NCBI GenBank assembly: GCA_963762865.1
Contig: CAVXNC010000018.1
Coordinates: forward strand, 75,506 to 139,505
Origin: an uncultured Actinomycetota bacterium
GTDB taxonomy: Bacteria > Actinomycetota > Actinomycetes > JACCUZ01
DNA: 64,000 bases
Direction of reading: 5' to 3'
Under the pieces are notes generated by a model. It was not told the origin of the DNA and did not search any database. It saw only the letters and a program-made list of their open reading frames with translations. The translations under genes were made by a program, and so were the position numbers. How positions within the stretch are numbered: the first letter of the stretch is position 1; each line of letters begins with the position of its first letter. Below are positions 32,189-41,320 of the stretch, piece by piece.

Positions 32189-32701
32189 GTGATGGACCAC
32201 CGCATGCTGGTTCGAGGGTGGCGGGTCGCAGTCGTCGGTCTCGTCGCCGTGACACTGCTCATCAGCTGGCCGATGAGTCCGGGCGCGTCTGCCGGGGTGC
32301 GGACGCCTAGCGCGACGGCGATCGGCAACACCTACGGCGGACTGTCGGCTCAGCAGCAGCCGCTGATCGTCGACATGACGTCGACCCGACGCAAGGTCGT
32401 GCGCACGGTGATGAACCTCGAGATGACCTGCACGTCGGGCGCCTCGTTCTGGTTCACCGACAGCTACAACGACCTTCCGGTGTCGCGACGCGGGACGTTC
32501 CGGACGTCTTTCGGCCCGGTCACCGAGCGCAACGACGACGGGACGACGTCCGACTTCCAGGGCCGCATCGCCGGCAGCCTCAACGACGCCAGGACCCGGC
32601 TCAACGGCGTCTGGCGGATCGTCATCACCGACCACGACGCAACCGGCGCGTTGACCGACACCTGCGACTCCGGCCTCGTGAGCTGGAAGGCCAAGCAGTA
32701 G
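32189..32701 (+). CDS. Secreted hypothetical protein (signal peptide).
   Basis: An N-terminal signal peptide (RGWRVAVVGLVAVTLLISWPMSPGASA). No recognisable domain. Confidence 0.55.
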   Translation: MMDHRMLVRGWRVAVVGLVAVTLLISWPMSPGASAGVRTPSATAIGNTYGGLSAQQQPLIVDMTSTRRKVVRTVMNLEMTCTSGASFWFTDSYNDLPVSRRGTFRTSFGPVTERNDDGTTSDFQGRIAGSLNDARTRLNGVWRIVITDHDATGALTDTCDSGLVSWKAKQ

Positions 32702-32714
32702 CCGGCAGACCGCG

Positions 32715-32766
32715 CCCGCGCGCGGGTGGGTCTCGACCCGCCCGCGCGCAGGTGGGTCTCAACCCC
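32715..32766. repeat. Two tandem ~26-bp GC-rich units, each containing the palindrome cccgcgcgcggg-like core.
   Basis: cccgcgcgcgggtgggtctcgaccc / cccgcgcgcaggtgggtctcaacccc, directly downstream of the secreted-protein ORF stop. Possible terminator hairpins. Confidence 0.6.
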
Positions 32767-32786
32767 ACCCGGCGGCGGCACACCTA

Positions 32787-32880
32787 GGGTCGACGCCTGG
32801 CTGGAGACGGCCGCCGCTGCGAACGTCACCTATTGGCGGCTGCACACCCCGGACGCCCCGCCCGTCGTCGTCGTCCACCC
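32787..32880. repeat. Diverged chimeric ghost copy joining the GNAT 3' segment (31231-31272) to the SDR 3' end (32021-32066).
   Basis: It encodes VDAWLETAAAANV-TY-WRLHTPDAPPVVVVHP. Compare the GNAT ...VEAWLETAAAANVAYY... and the SDR ...LYWRLHTQPDAPPAVVVHPG. Confidence 0.7.
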
Positions 32881-32884
32881 AAGC

Positions 32885-33859
32885 TCAGTAGCGCAGCTCC
32901 GACAGGTAGCGGTAGCCCACGGTTGCGGTCTGCAGGGGCGTGACGTCGGGCTGGTCGTTCTCCACGATGTACTCGGTCACGGTGTTCGCCTCGAAGATCG
33001 CACCGAAGTCGATGAAGCCGGTGCCAGGGTCGGCGAACGCGTTGCCCGCGTAGGGGTCCAGGCCGGGTTCGCGGTCCTTGACGTGGTACTGCAGGACCCG
33101 CTGAGGCGCCGACGAGATCACCTCGACCGCCCACTGCTCGGCCGTCGCCTCCGTCGCCTGTCCGCTCTGCAGGCCGCCGGTCACCACCCAGAAGAGATCG
33201 GCCTCGAGGTGGACCAGTGCCGGGTCGAGACGGCCGGTCAGGATCTCCCAGGGCAGCTGCCCGTTGTCGAGCACCCGGCTGAACTCGTGCGCGTGGTTGT
33301 GGTAGCCGTAGCGCAGCCCGGCGGCCCGGGCCACGGCGGCCTCGGCGTTCATCTGGTCGGCCAGCCGCTGCCAGTCGGCGGCAACCGCGGAATCGAAGTA
33401 CGGCATGACCATGAAGCGCTGACCGAGGGTGACGGCGTTGCCGACCTTCTCCTCCAGAGCGGCCGCCGAATCGCTGACACCGTCGTGGCTCGAGGACGCC
33501 GCGATCCCGATGCTGTCGAGGAATTCCCGCAGCTCGGCGGCGGTCCGTCCGTAGTAGCCCGCGAGCTCGACCCGCGGGTAGCCGATGTCCGCCAGCGCCC
33601 GCAGGGTGCCGTCGAAGTCGCTCTCCAGGACGGTGCGCAGGGTGTAGAGCTGGATGCTGATCGCCCCGCCCGGCACGCGGTTCCGGCCCGCCGGCCGGGC
33701 GACCGCCTGGGCCGGCCCTGCCGCCGCTCCGAGCCCGCCGGCGCCGAGCACGCTCGCCGCCGCGGCCGCCAGTGCACCGCGCAGCACGCTGCGGCGGTCC
33801 AGGCCACGCTCCTCGAGCGACCTCTCGAGTGCCGCCTGCCCATCAAACCCGAAGCACAT
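32885..33859 (-). CDS. Tat-exported sugar phosphate isomerase/epimerase (xylose isomerase-like TIM barrel).
   Basis: A twin-arginine signal (DRRSVLRGALAAAAASVLGAGG) and a TIM-barrel AP-endonuclease-2-like body. Confidence 0.8.
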   Translation of the reverse strand: MCFGFDGQAALERSLEERGLDRRSVLRGALAAAAASVLGAGGLGAAAGPAQAVARPAGRNRVPGGAISIQLYTLRTVLESDFDGTLRALADIGYPRVELAGYYGRTAAELREFLDSIGIAASSSHDGVSDSAAALEEKVGNAVTLGQRFMVMPYFDSAVAADWQRLADQMNAEAAVARAAGLRYGYHNHAHEFSRVLDNGQLPWEILTGRLDPALVHLEADLFWVVTGGLQSGQATEATAEQWAVEVISSAPQRVLQYHVKDREPGLDPYAGNAFADPGTGFIDFGAIFEANTVTEYIVENDQPDVTPLQTATVGYRYLSELRY

Positions 33860-33927
33860 CGTCGGACTCCCGTCTCGTCGAGGACCGCTCCCGGGCCGGA
33901 TCCCGGTGCGACGGACGCAACGTATGT

Positions 33928-33936
33928 CTGTGACAG
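33928..33936. promoter_or_regulatory. Candidate GntR/FadR-type operator half-palindrome (ctgtgacag) in the divergent lutA promoter region.
   Basis: A t.GT...AC.a-like inverted repeat inside the AT-richer 175-bp intergenic region upstream of lutABC. Confidence 0.25.
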
Positions 33937-34033
33937 GCCAGCACGGAACCCCCTTTTACCGACAAATATCGAAAGTCCCTAGATTGCCGGACAAAGCCGC
34001 CGGTTTACGCTCGCGAGACGGAGGTGTCCTGAC

Positions 34034-34801
34034 ATGCGCATCGCGCTGTTCGTCACCTGCCTGGCCGACGGGCTCTTCCCGCAGGTCGGCAAGGCCACGG
34101 TGACGCTGCTCGAGCGGCTCGGTCACGAGGTGGTCTTCCCCGAGGCGCAGACCTGCTGCGGGCAGATGCACGTCAACACCGGCTACCAGCGGGAGGCGCT
34201 CCCGCTAGTCCGGCACCACGTCGAGGTCTTCGAGCAGTACGACGCCAAAGCCCCGGTCGACGCGATCGTCGCGCCGTCGGGCTCCTGCGTCGGGTCCGTC
34301 CGCCACCAGCACGCGATGCTGGCGCGCCGGGCCGGCGACGGCGAGCTCGGCGACCGGGCCGAGGCACTGGCCGGCCGGACGTACGAGCTCTCGGAGCTGC
34401 TCGTCGACGTCCTCGGCGTCGACGACGTCGGCGCGCACTTCCCGCACCGGGTCACCTACCACCCCACCTGTCACTCGCTGCGGCTGCTGCGGGTCGACGA
34501 CAAGCCGCTGCGCCTGCTGCGAAACGTGCGCGGGCTCGACCTGGTCGAGCTGCCCGACGCCGACCAGTGCTGCGGCTTCGGGGGCACCTTCTCGGTCAAG
34601 AACGCCGACACCTCGACCGCCATGCTGGCCGACAAGATGCGCAACGTGCTCGGCACCGGCGCGGAGGCGGTCACCGCCGGGGACGCGTCCTGCCTGATGC
34701 ACATCGGCGGCGGCCTGTCGCGCCTTCGCACCGGTACCCGGACGCTGCATCTCGCCGAGATCCTGGCCTCGACCGAGGAGCACCCGGCGGTGGCGCTGTG
34801 A
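34034..34801 (+). CDS. lutA: L-lactate utilization protein LutA ((Fe-S)-binding, CCG domains).
   Basis: Two cysteine-rich CCG motifs (CCGQ...CCGFGG). First gene of lutABC. Confidence 0.85.
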   Translation: MRIALFVTCLADGLFPQVGKATVTLLERLGHEVVFPEAQTCCGQMHVNTGYQREALPLVRHHVEVFEQYDAKAPVDAIVAPSGSCVGSVRHQHAMLARRAGDGELGDRAEALAGRTYELSELLVDVLGVDDVGAHFPHRVTYHPTCHSLRLLRVDDKPLRLLRNVRGLDLVELPDADQCCGFGGTFSVKNADTSTAMLADKMRNVLGTGAEAVTAGDASCLMHIGGGLSRLRTGTRTLHLAEILASTEEHPAVAL

Positions 34802-36325
34802 CCGAGAGCCGCACCTTCCTCGGGATGCCCTCGGTCCACGCACCGCGGGGGGTCGGCCAGCTGCGCGCCGAGATCCCGTTCCCCACCGCCGCTCGCACCG
34901 CGCTCGCCGACACCCAGCTGCGCCGCAACATCGGCCACGCCACCCGGACCATCCGGGCCAAGCGCGCCCGCGTGGTCAGCGAGGTGCCGGACTGGGAGGA
35001 GCTGCGGCTCGCCGGCCAGCAGCTCAAGGCCGCCACCATGGCCCGCCTCGACGAGCACCTCGAGCGGCTGGAGCACGAGGTCACCGAGCGCGGCGGCACC
35101 GTCCACTGGGCCCGGGACGCCAACGAGGCCAACGCGATCGTCACCCGCCTGGTGCAGGCAACGGGCGAGCGCGAGGTGGTCAAGGTCAAGTCGATGGTCA
35201 CCCAGGAGATCGGGCTCAACGAGGCGCTCGAGGCGGCCGGCATCGCGGCGTACGAGACCGATCTCGCCGAGCTCATCGTCCAGCTCGGTCACGACAAGCC
35301 GTCGCACATCCTGGTGCCCGCGATCCACCGCAACCGCGCGGAGATCCGGGAGATCTTCCGCCGCGAGATGGGCTCGTGGGGCCTGGCCGCGCCGGACGAC
35401 CTGACCGACGACCCTCGGCGGCTCGCGATGGCAGCCCGGGCGCACCTGCGGCAGAAGTTCCTGACCGCCAAGGTCGGCATCAGCGGCGCCAACTTCGGGG
35501 TCGCCGACACCGGCACGCTGGTCGTCGTCGAGTCCGAGGGCAACGGCCGGATGTGCCTGACCCTGCCGGAGACGCTCATAACCGTGATGGGCATCGAGAA
35601 GGTGGTGCCGACGTGGCGCGACCTCGAGGTCTTCCTGCAGCTGCTGCCACGGTCGTCGACCGGCGAGCGGATGAACCCCTACACGTCGGCGTGGACGGGG
35701 ATCTCCGCGTCGAACGGCATCGTCGACGGACCTCGTCAGTTCCACCTCGTGCTGCTGGACAACGGGCGCACGGCGACCCTCGCCGACGACGTCGGTCGCG
35801 AGGCGCTGCACTGCATCAAGTGCAGCGCCTGCATGAACGTCTGCCCGGTCTACGAGCGCACCGGCGGGCACGCCTACGGGTCGGTCTATCCCGGCCCGAT
35901 CGGCGCGGTGCTGTCGCCGCAGCTGACCGGCGTCGAGGACAACGCGTCGCTGCCCTACGCCTCGTCGCTGTGCGGTGCGTGCTTCGACGCCTGTCCGGTG
36001 CGCATCGACATCCCGTCGATCCTGGTCCACCTGCGCGGCCAGCACGTCGAGGAGCGGCGAGCGGCGTCGCGGGTCCCGTCGGCCGAGCAGGTCGCCATGG
36101 CCGCCGCGTCGTGGGTGATGTCGGACCCGAAGCGCTTCGCCGCGGCGGAGCGGGCCTCCCGGGCGGGCCGCGTGCTCGCCCGCCGCGGGTCCGCGCGGCC
36201 GGATCCGTTCGCTCCCGCCGCCGCTGTCGGCCTGGACGTCGTCGCGCGACGCACCGGCACCACCGCAGGAGACCTTCCGCGAGTGGTGGGCACGCACCCG
36301 CGCCCCCTCAGGCGGCGGGTCGTGA
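34798..36325 (+). CDS. lutB: L-lactate utilization iron-sulfur protein LutB, with an apparent C-terminal frameshift ~36240-36268.
   Basis: Two 4Fe-4S ferredoxin motifs (CIKCSACMNVCP, CGACFDACP). The conserved C-terminus ETFREWWARTR plus the TGA stop at 36323-36325 read in the +1 frame. In the given frame the ORF runs on into lutC. Confidence 0.8.
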
Positions 36326-36972
36326 CCGGCTCAGGTGCCGACGGCGCAGCGCGGGCCGAGGTGCTCCGCCGGATCCGCACGGCCAACGCCCGCGCCGGCG
36401 TGCGGGAGGTGCCGGCCGTCGAGCGCACCTACCGTGCATCCGGCGAGCACCCGCCCGGCTCCCCCGACGTGCTCGACCTCTTCGAGCACCGGCTGGTCGA
36501 CTACAAGGCCTCGGTCACCCGCACCACGGGAGCCGACCTGCGCGACGCCGTCATCGCCACACTGGCCGGCCTGTCTCTCGATCCCGGCCCCGTCCTGCTG
36601 CCGCCTGGCCTGCCCGCCGAGTGGGCGCCGGAGGGCGTACGCGACTCGGGTGACCTCACTGCCGCCGACCTGGACGGGATGGCGGCGGTCGTGACGGCCT
36701 GCACCGTCGGCTGCGCCGAGACCGGCACCATCGTCCTCGACGGGTCGCCGGACCAGGGCCGGCGCGCGATCACGCTGGTCCCTGACGTGCACGTGTGCGT
36801 CGTGCGCGGCGACCAGGTCGTGCACTCCGTCCCGGAGATGCTCGCCCGCGTCGACGGCACCCGCGCCGTCACTCTCGTGAGCGGGCCGTCCGCGACCAGC
36901 GACATCGAGCTGGACCGGGTGGAGGGTGTCCACGGACCGCGCACCCTCGCCGTGATCCTGGTGACCGGCTGA
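36322..36972 (+). CDS. lutC: L-lactate utilization protein LutC.
   Basis: The GTG start overlaps the frame-corrected lutB stop (GTGA). LUD-domain sequence. Confidence 0.75.
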   Translation: MTGSGADGAARAEVLRRIRTANARAGVREVPAVERTYRASGEHPPGSPDVLDLFEHRLVDYKASVTRTTGADLRDAVIATLAGLSLDPGPVLLPPGLPAEWAPEGVRDSGDLTAADLDGMAAVVTACTVGCAETGTIVLDGSPDQGRRAITLVPDVHVCVVRGDQVVHSVPEMLARVDGTRAVTLVSGPSATSDIELDRVEGVHGPRTLAVILVTG

Positions 36973-37040
36973 CTCCACAGTCCGGCTGGGTCCCACATCC
37001 TGCTGCCGATTGTGTCCAAGGTCAGCCGTACCGTCCCGTC

Positions 37041-38795
37041 ATGGACGACGACCCCGAGCCGACAGGCACCACGACCACCCAGGCACCCACCACCGACGCC
37101 GGGGCCACCACCTCGCGCTTCAGTGAGGTTCCGACCGACGCACTGGCGGACCGTCTCTCCCGCTGGGCGTCGAGCCTGGCCGCGGCGGAGTGCGAGTTCC
37201 TCGACCTGCTGGCTGAGTTCGACGCGCGCCAGGCGTGGGGCGAGTCCGGGATGCGATCCACGGCTCACTGGCTGTCGTGGCGGCTCGGGCTGCGCCTGGG
37301 TGTCGCGCGGGAGAAGGTGCGAGTGGCCCGGGCCCTGCAGCGGCTGCCACTGGTCCACGACGAGTTCGCGGCCGGCACGTTGTCCTACTGCAAGGTGCGC
37401 GCGCTGAGCAGGGTCGCCACCGACGCGACCGAGGCGGAGCTGGTCCACATCGCCCGCGGCGCGACCGGGGCGCAGCTCGAGACCGTCGTGCGGCAGTGGC
37501 GGCGGACCCTGATCGGCGACACAACGGCGTCCTCGCACATCCGTCGCGGTCTCCGGAAGCGGATCGAGGACGACGGGTCCTACGTCGTCACCGTCCGGCT
37601 GTCCCCGGTCGAGGGACCGGTCTTCGCGAAGGCAATCGCCCTCGCCCGCACCTCCGTCCTGGACGAGGCCGGCCAGGTCGTCGAGACCCCGGAGGAGGCC
37701 GCGCTGGCTGACGCGCTCGCCGAGGACTCTCCCTGGGAGCGCTCCGAAGCCGACGCCTTCGTGCTGATCGCCTCGTCGTTCCTGGCCCACGGACCATCCG
37801 GCGAGGCCGGCGACCGGCACCTCGTCCTGGTCCACGCCGACATCGACACGCTCGCCGAGGCGTGTCGCAGCGCAGCGGACGCTGGTGGCCCGGCGGACGC
37901 GGGTGGAGCCGCTGGCGAGCCGTCCAGCAACGGTTCCGCGGAAACGTCGTCGCCAGCGGAAGACTCCCCCGATCGAGACACCGACGAGCGATCCCGAAGC
38001 GTCTCCGCGGAAACGTCCGGGCTCACGCAGCCCGGCTTTGCCGCCCACGAGCCGATCGCTGCGAGCGGGTCCGTGCACCAGGAGTCCTACGCCCGCCGGC
38101 CGGCTACCTGCGTCACCGAGGACGGTCAGCCGATCTCGGCCAGCACCGTGCTGCGCATGCTGTGCGACTCACCGGCCCAGTTGCTCGTCACCGCGCGCGA
38201 CGGCCGACCACTCGACCTCGGCCGGACCAGCCGCAACGCCGACCGTCGCCAGCGCCGCGCCATACGTGTTCGCGACGGCGGCTTCTGCCGGTTCCCCGGC
38301 TGCTCCCAGCGCCACCGCCTCATCCCGCACCACACCCGGTGGTGGAGCCGCGGCGGGCGGACCGATCTCGACCTCCTGGTCAGCGTGTGTCCCACGCACC
38401 ACCTGGCGGTCCACGAGCTGGGCTACGACGTCACCGCTCTCGGCGGTGGCCGCTTCGCCTGGTACCGGCCGGACGGCCAGGAGATCAGCGCGGCACCGAC
38501 GCTCGGCGACGAGGTGGCGACGTCGCCCGGCTCGGTCGTTGGGCCGGCGGCTGCGGCGGGCGACTCGTCGCGGTCCGGCGGGCAGCGGATCGTGCCGATG
38601 TGGGGCGGCGAGCGGATCGACCTCGACCACCTGCTCGGCGGGATGGCCGCCAACCTGCTCAACGACGCCGGCCACCGTCTCACCGACATCCCCTACTCCG
38701 CACTCGACCAGACCCTGCGGACGGCAGCCGGATGGCCGGCCGCACAGCCCGGCCACCGACCATTCGACGGTCCGCGGGACGCGAACGCCGCCTGA
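37041..38795 (+). CDS. DUF222 domain-containing HNH endonuclease (REP13E12-like).
   Basis: DUF222 N-terminal region and a C-terminal HNH motif (CRFPGCSQRHRLIPHHTRWW...CPTHH). An intact paralog-type relative of the pseudogene at 4256-5600. Confidence 0.8.
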   Translation: MDDDPEPTGTTTTQAPTTDAGATTSRFSEVPTDALADRLSRWASSLAAAECEFLDLLAEFDARQAWGESGMRSTAHWLSWRLGLRLGVAREKVRVARALQRLPLVHDEFAAGTLSYCKVRALSRVATDATEAELVHIARGATGAQLETVVRQWRRTLIGDTTASSHIRRGLRKRIEDDGSYVVTVRLSPVEGPVFAKAIALARTSVLDEAGQVVETPEEAALADALAEDSPWERSEADAFVLIASSFLAHGPSGEAGDRHLVLVHADIDTLAEACRSAADAGGPADAGGAAGEPSSNGSAETSSPAEDSPDRDTDERSRSVSAETSGLTQPGFAAHEPIAASGSVHQESYARRPATCVTEDGQPISASTVLRMLCDSPAQLLVTARDGRPLDLGRTSRNADRRQRRAIRVRDGGFCRFPGCSQRHRLIPHHTRWWSRGGRTDLDLLVSVCPTHHLAVHELGYDVTALGGGRFAWYRPDGQEISAAPTLGDEVATSPGSVVGPAAAAGDSSRSGGQRIVPMWGGERIDLDHLLGGMAANLLNDAGHRLTDIPYSALDQTLRTAAGWPAAQPGHRPFDGPRDANAA

Positions 38796-38831
38796 CCCCG
38801 CTGCTGCCGTGAGACGGCGGCGCACCTAGAT

Positions 38832-39497
38832 GTGTTCGAGAACCCGCTCGTCACGGGCGACAGCTTCGGGTTCGGTCACCGCCCCGACGCCGACCACGCG
38901 GCTGCCGTGCTCGACATGGTGACCGCGGTCCACGGCGCACCCGCCCGGGTCATGGACCTCGCGCCGGTTGACGACTTCGCCATCCCGCACCGGGACCAGG
39001 TCGAGGCGGCTCTGAACGGTGAGGCCGTCGACGGCGCTGCGGGACCGTACGCCCTCGAGACGGCCCGCCTCGTCACCCGGCACGGCCCCGCGATCCGGGC
39101 GGCACTGCACCGCTACGACGAGCTCGTCTCAGCGGCACTGTCGGCGCGCGGCCGCGCCGTCCTCACCCATGGCGAGCCGCACCCCGGCAACACGATGCGC
39201 ACCGGCGCCGGATGGGTCCTCATCGACTGGGACACCGCCCGCGTCGCACCGCCCGAGCGCGACCTGTGGAGCCTGGACCCGGGGGACGGGTCGGTCCACG
39301 CGGCCTACACCGCAGGCACCGGGACGGAGCTGCGGCCCCGGCTGCTGGAGCTCTACCGCAGGCGGTGGGACCTGGCGGACGTCGCGGTGGACGTCGCCAG
39401 GTTCCGCCGCCGCCACGTCGGCAGCGCTGAGGACTCGAAGTCCTTCGAGATCCTCGGCGCGCAGCTGGCCGGCCTCGCCGGGCTCGACGACCGCTAG
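38832..39497 (+). CDS. Phosphotransferase (APH/choline-kinase-like) family protein, N-terminally truncated.
   Basis: The catalytic-loop region is present (HGEPHPGNTMRTGAGWVLIDWDTARVAPPERDLWSL) but the N-terminal ATP-binding lobe is missing. The frame opens immediately after the HNH gene stop. Confidence 0.55.
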   Translation: MFENPLVTGDSFGFGHRPDADHAAAVLDMVTAVHGAPARVMDLAPVDDFAIPHRDQVEAALNGEAVDGAAGPYALETARLVTRHGPAIRAALHRYDELVSAALSARGRAVLTHGEPHPGNTMRTGAGWVLIDWDTARVAPPERDLWSLDPGDGSVHAAYTAGTGTELRPRLLELYRRRWDLADVAVDVARFRRRHVGSAEDSKSFEILGAQLAGLAGLDDR

Positions 39498-39826
39498 GCG
39501 CCGGGCATCGGCAGCAGCTCGAACACCTCGACCTGGAACCGACCCTTGCCCTCGGCCAGGAACGGGTGCTTGTCGGCGAGGGCCGCCGCTGCGTCGAGCG
39601 AGTCTGCCTCGACGACCGAGTAGCCGTTCTGGTCGCTGGGCGTGCCCTTGGTGCCGTCGTCGACCACGGCCGTGCCCGCACCGATCGGCTGGCCCGGGTC
39701 GACCAGCGCGGCACCGACGCGGTCCATCCACGCGCCCCACGCCGCCAGCTGCTCGGCGCCCTGCTCCGGCGTGAAGTCCTCCATCGGGGTCGCCGGGCCG
39801 CGGTAGAGGAACAAGTACTTCGCCAT
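39494..39826 (-). CDS. YciI-like (DGPF/YCII-related) domain protein.
   Basis: A ~110-aa ORF beginning MAKYLFLYRGP. Confidence 0.65.
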   Translation of the reverse strand: MAKYLFLYRGPATPMEDFTPEQGAEQLAAWGAWMDRVGAALVDPGQPIGAGTAVVDDGTKGTPSDQNGYSVVEADSLDAAAALADKHPFLAEGKGRFQVEVFELLPMPGA

Positions 39827-40041
39827 CTCGGTCTCCTTCCACGCGAGCGCGCCGTCCGCGCCCGTCACCCTTCCGACGACCGGCAAGGCGCCGGATCGAC
39901 AACCTCGCCCCAGACTCTGCGCCACACCTGCGCACCCGGGAAGCCCTCGGAGCGTGCGAGCACGGACATCTCTCGCGGGATCACGGTCAGGACCAGCACG
40001 TCGTACGCCCGACCACGGCCCGGCAGGCCAGACTCGGGGTC

Positions 40042-40395
40042 ATGGACCTGCGATGGGACGCCGTGACCGTTGACTGCCGCGACCCCCACGAGCTGGCGAG
40101 GTTCTGGTGCGCGCTGCTCGGGGTGGAGGTCCGGGGCACCTGGGAGCAGTACGTCGGACTGACGCCGACTGCACCGGGGCTCCCGAGGCTGGTGTTCCAG
40201 AGGACGTCGGATCCTCGCCCGGCGAAGAACACGTTGCACCTGGACCTGCACGTGCCGGCGGACGACCTGCCCGGCGCCGTCGAGCGGGCCATGTCGCTCG
40301 GGGCGTCGATGGTGCACCAGCACGACGAGGACGCGGTGAGCTGGCGGACCCTGGCCGACCCGGAGGGCAACGTCTTCTGCCTGGTGGCCGACTGA
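40042..40395 (+). CDS. VOC (glyoxalase/bleomycin resistance) family protein.
   Basis: 117 aa with a glyoxalase-like fold (ELARFWCALLGVEV...EGNVFCLV). Confidence 0.75.
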   Translation: MDLRWDAVTVDCRDPHELARFWCALLGVEVRGTWEQYVGLTPTAPGLPRLVFQRTSDPRPAKNTLHLDLHVPADDLPGAVERAMSLGASMVHQHDEDAVSWRTLADPEGNVFCLVAD

Positions 40396-40446
40396 CCGGG
40401 TTGGGGCAGCCGGTCCCGGGCCAGCCAGCCGTCGCGCCCCCAGCGG

Positions 40447-40733
40447 GCTCAGTGCGCCTTGTCGTAGGCCTCGATGATGGTCGCCGGGATGCGGCCGCGC
40501 TCGTTGACCTTGTGGCCGTTGGACCGGGCCCACTCGCGGATCTCGGCGGTGCGGTTGTCGCCGCCACGACGCGCCCGGCCTCGACTGCTGCCACGCCCGC
40601 CCGAGGAGCGGCCACCGACCCGACGGGCCTGCCCGACGTACTGCCCGAAGGCGTCCCGCATCTTCCCGGCGTTCTTGGCGCTCAGGTCGATCTCGTAGGA
40701 GACGCCGTCGAGGGAGAAGGACACGGTCTCGTC
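40447..40733. repeat. 287-bp direct repeat, copy A (lsr2 3' segment).
   Basis: Near-identical (2 mismatches) to 41321-41607. Confidence 0.85.
40449..40733 (-). pseudogene. Truncated duplicate of the lsr2 3' portion (C-terminal ~95 codons).
   Basis: A 287-bp direct repeat of lsr2 codons 18-112 (two mismatches versus 41321-41607). The N-terminal dimerisation strand is replaced by unrelated Arg-rich sequence. Confidence 0.55.
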
Positions 40734-40807
40734 GCTGATCCTGTGGTGGCTGTTGCGTAAGGTGTGGGACTGGTGAGACCTTCTAGATCTCGAACGCGGC
40801 GCTGCTA

Positions 40808-41035
40808 GTGTGGCTCGCCCCAGTAGTCGGGCTCGGCAACGTCCCGGCCGCAGTCGGTGGCTCAAGCGCGGCTGCCGCAGTAGTGCGGCAAGTAGGTCTG
40901 GACGATATGGCGCCGGTGACCACGAGACTGGCGATCCCGCTGACGCCGGTGATCGTGGCGGCACTCCTCCTGGTGGTCGCCGACACCGTTCGTACGGGGA
41001 CGCGGATGCGCGCCGACCTCGAAGGCCTGGTGTGA
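40808..41035 (+). CDS. Possible small membrane protein (fragment of a DUF2975-like partner?); low confidence.
   Basis: A hydrophobic C-terminal stretch (MAPVTTRLAIPLTPVIVAALLLVVADTV) immediately upstream of the XRE HTH gene. Confidence 0.3.
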   Translation: MWLAPVVGLGNVPAAVGGSSAAAAVVRQVGLDDMAPVTTRLAIPLTPVIVAALLLVVADTVRTGTRMRADLEGLV

Positions 41036-41074
41036 GAGGCCGAGTCTCTGCGCGACCAGGCCCCGGGGGGTCTG

Positions 41075-41296
41075 ATGCCCGTCGAGGATCCGCAGTGCGT
41101 CGATTGCCATCTCGACGAGCTGCTCGAGCATCGCGACATGACGCTGATCGAGCTGGCCGACCGCGTCGGCGTCACGGTGGTCAACCTGAGCGTGCTCAAG
41201 AACGACCGGGCGAAGGCGGTGCGCTTCTCTACCCTCACGGCGCTGTGCGACGTCCTCAGCTGCCAGCCCGGCGACATCTTCAGCGTGGAGGACTGA
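41075..41296 (+). CDS. XRE-family helix-turn-helix transcriptional regulator (small Cro/C1-type).
   Basis: 73 aa with the HTH LIELADRVGVTVVNLSVLKNDRAKAVRFSTLTALCDVLSCQPGDIF, typical of the short HTH family usually paired with a DUF2975 membrane protein. Confidence 0.7.
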   Translation: MPVEDPQCVDCHLDELLEHRDMTLIELADRVGVTVVNLSVLKNDRAKAVRFSTLTALCDVLSCQPGDIFSVED

Positions 41297-41320
41297 CGGA
41301 GCTCTAGCGCCGGTGCAGCC

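Noticed and set aside
34567-36972. A single 801-aa ORF suggesting a natural LutB-LutC fusion protein.
   Set aside because: The conserved LutB C-terminus (FREWW) and its stop read in the +1 frame just before the lutC GTG. The fusion is therefore better explained by a 1-nt indel.
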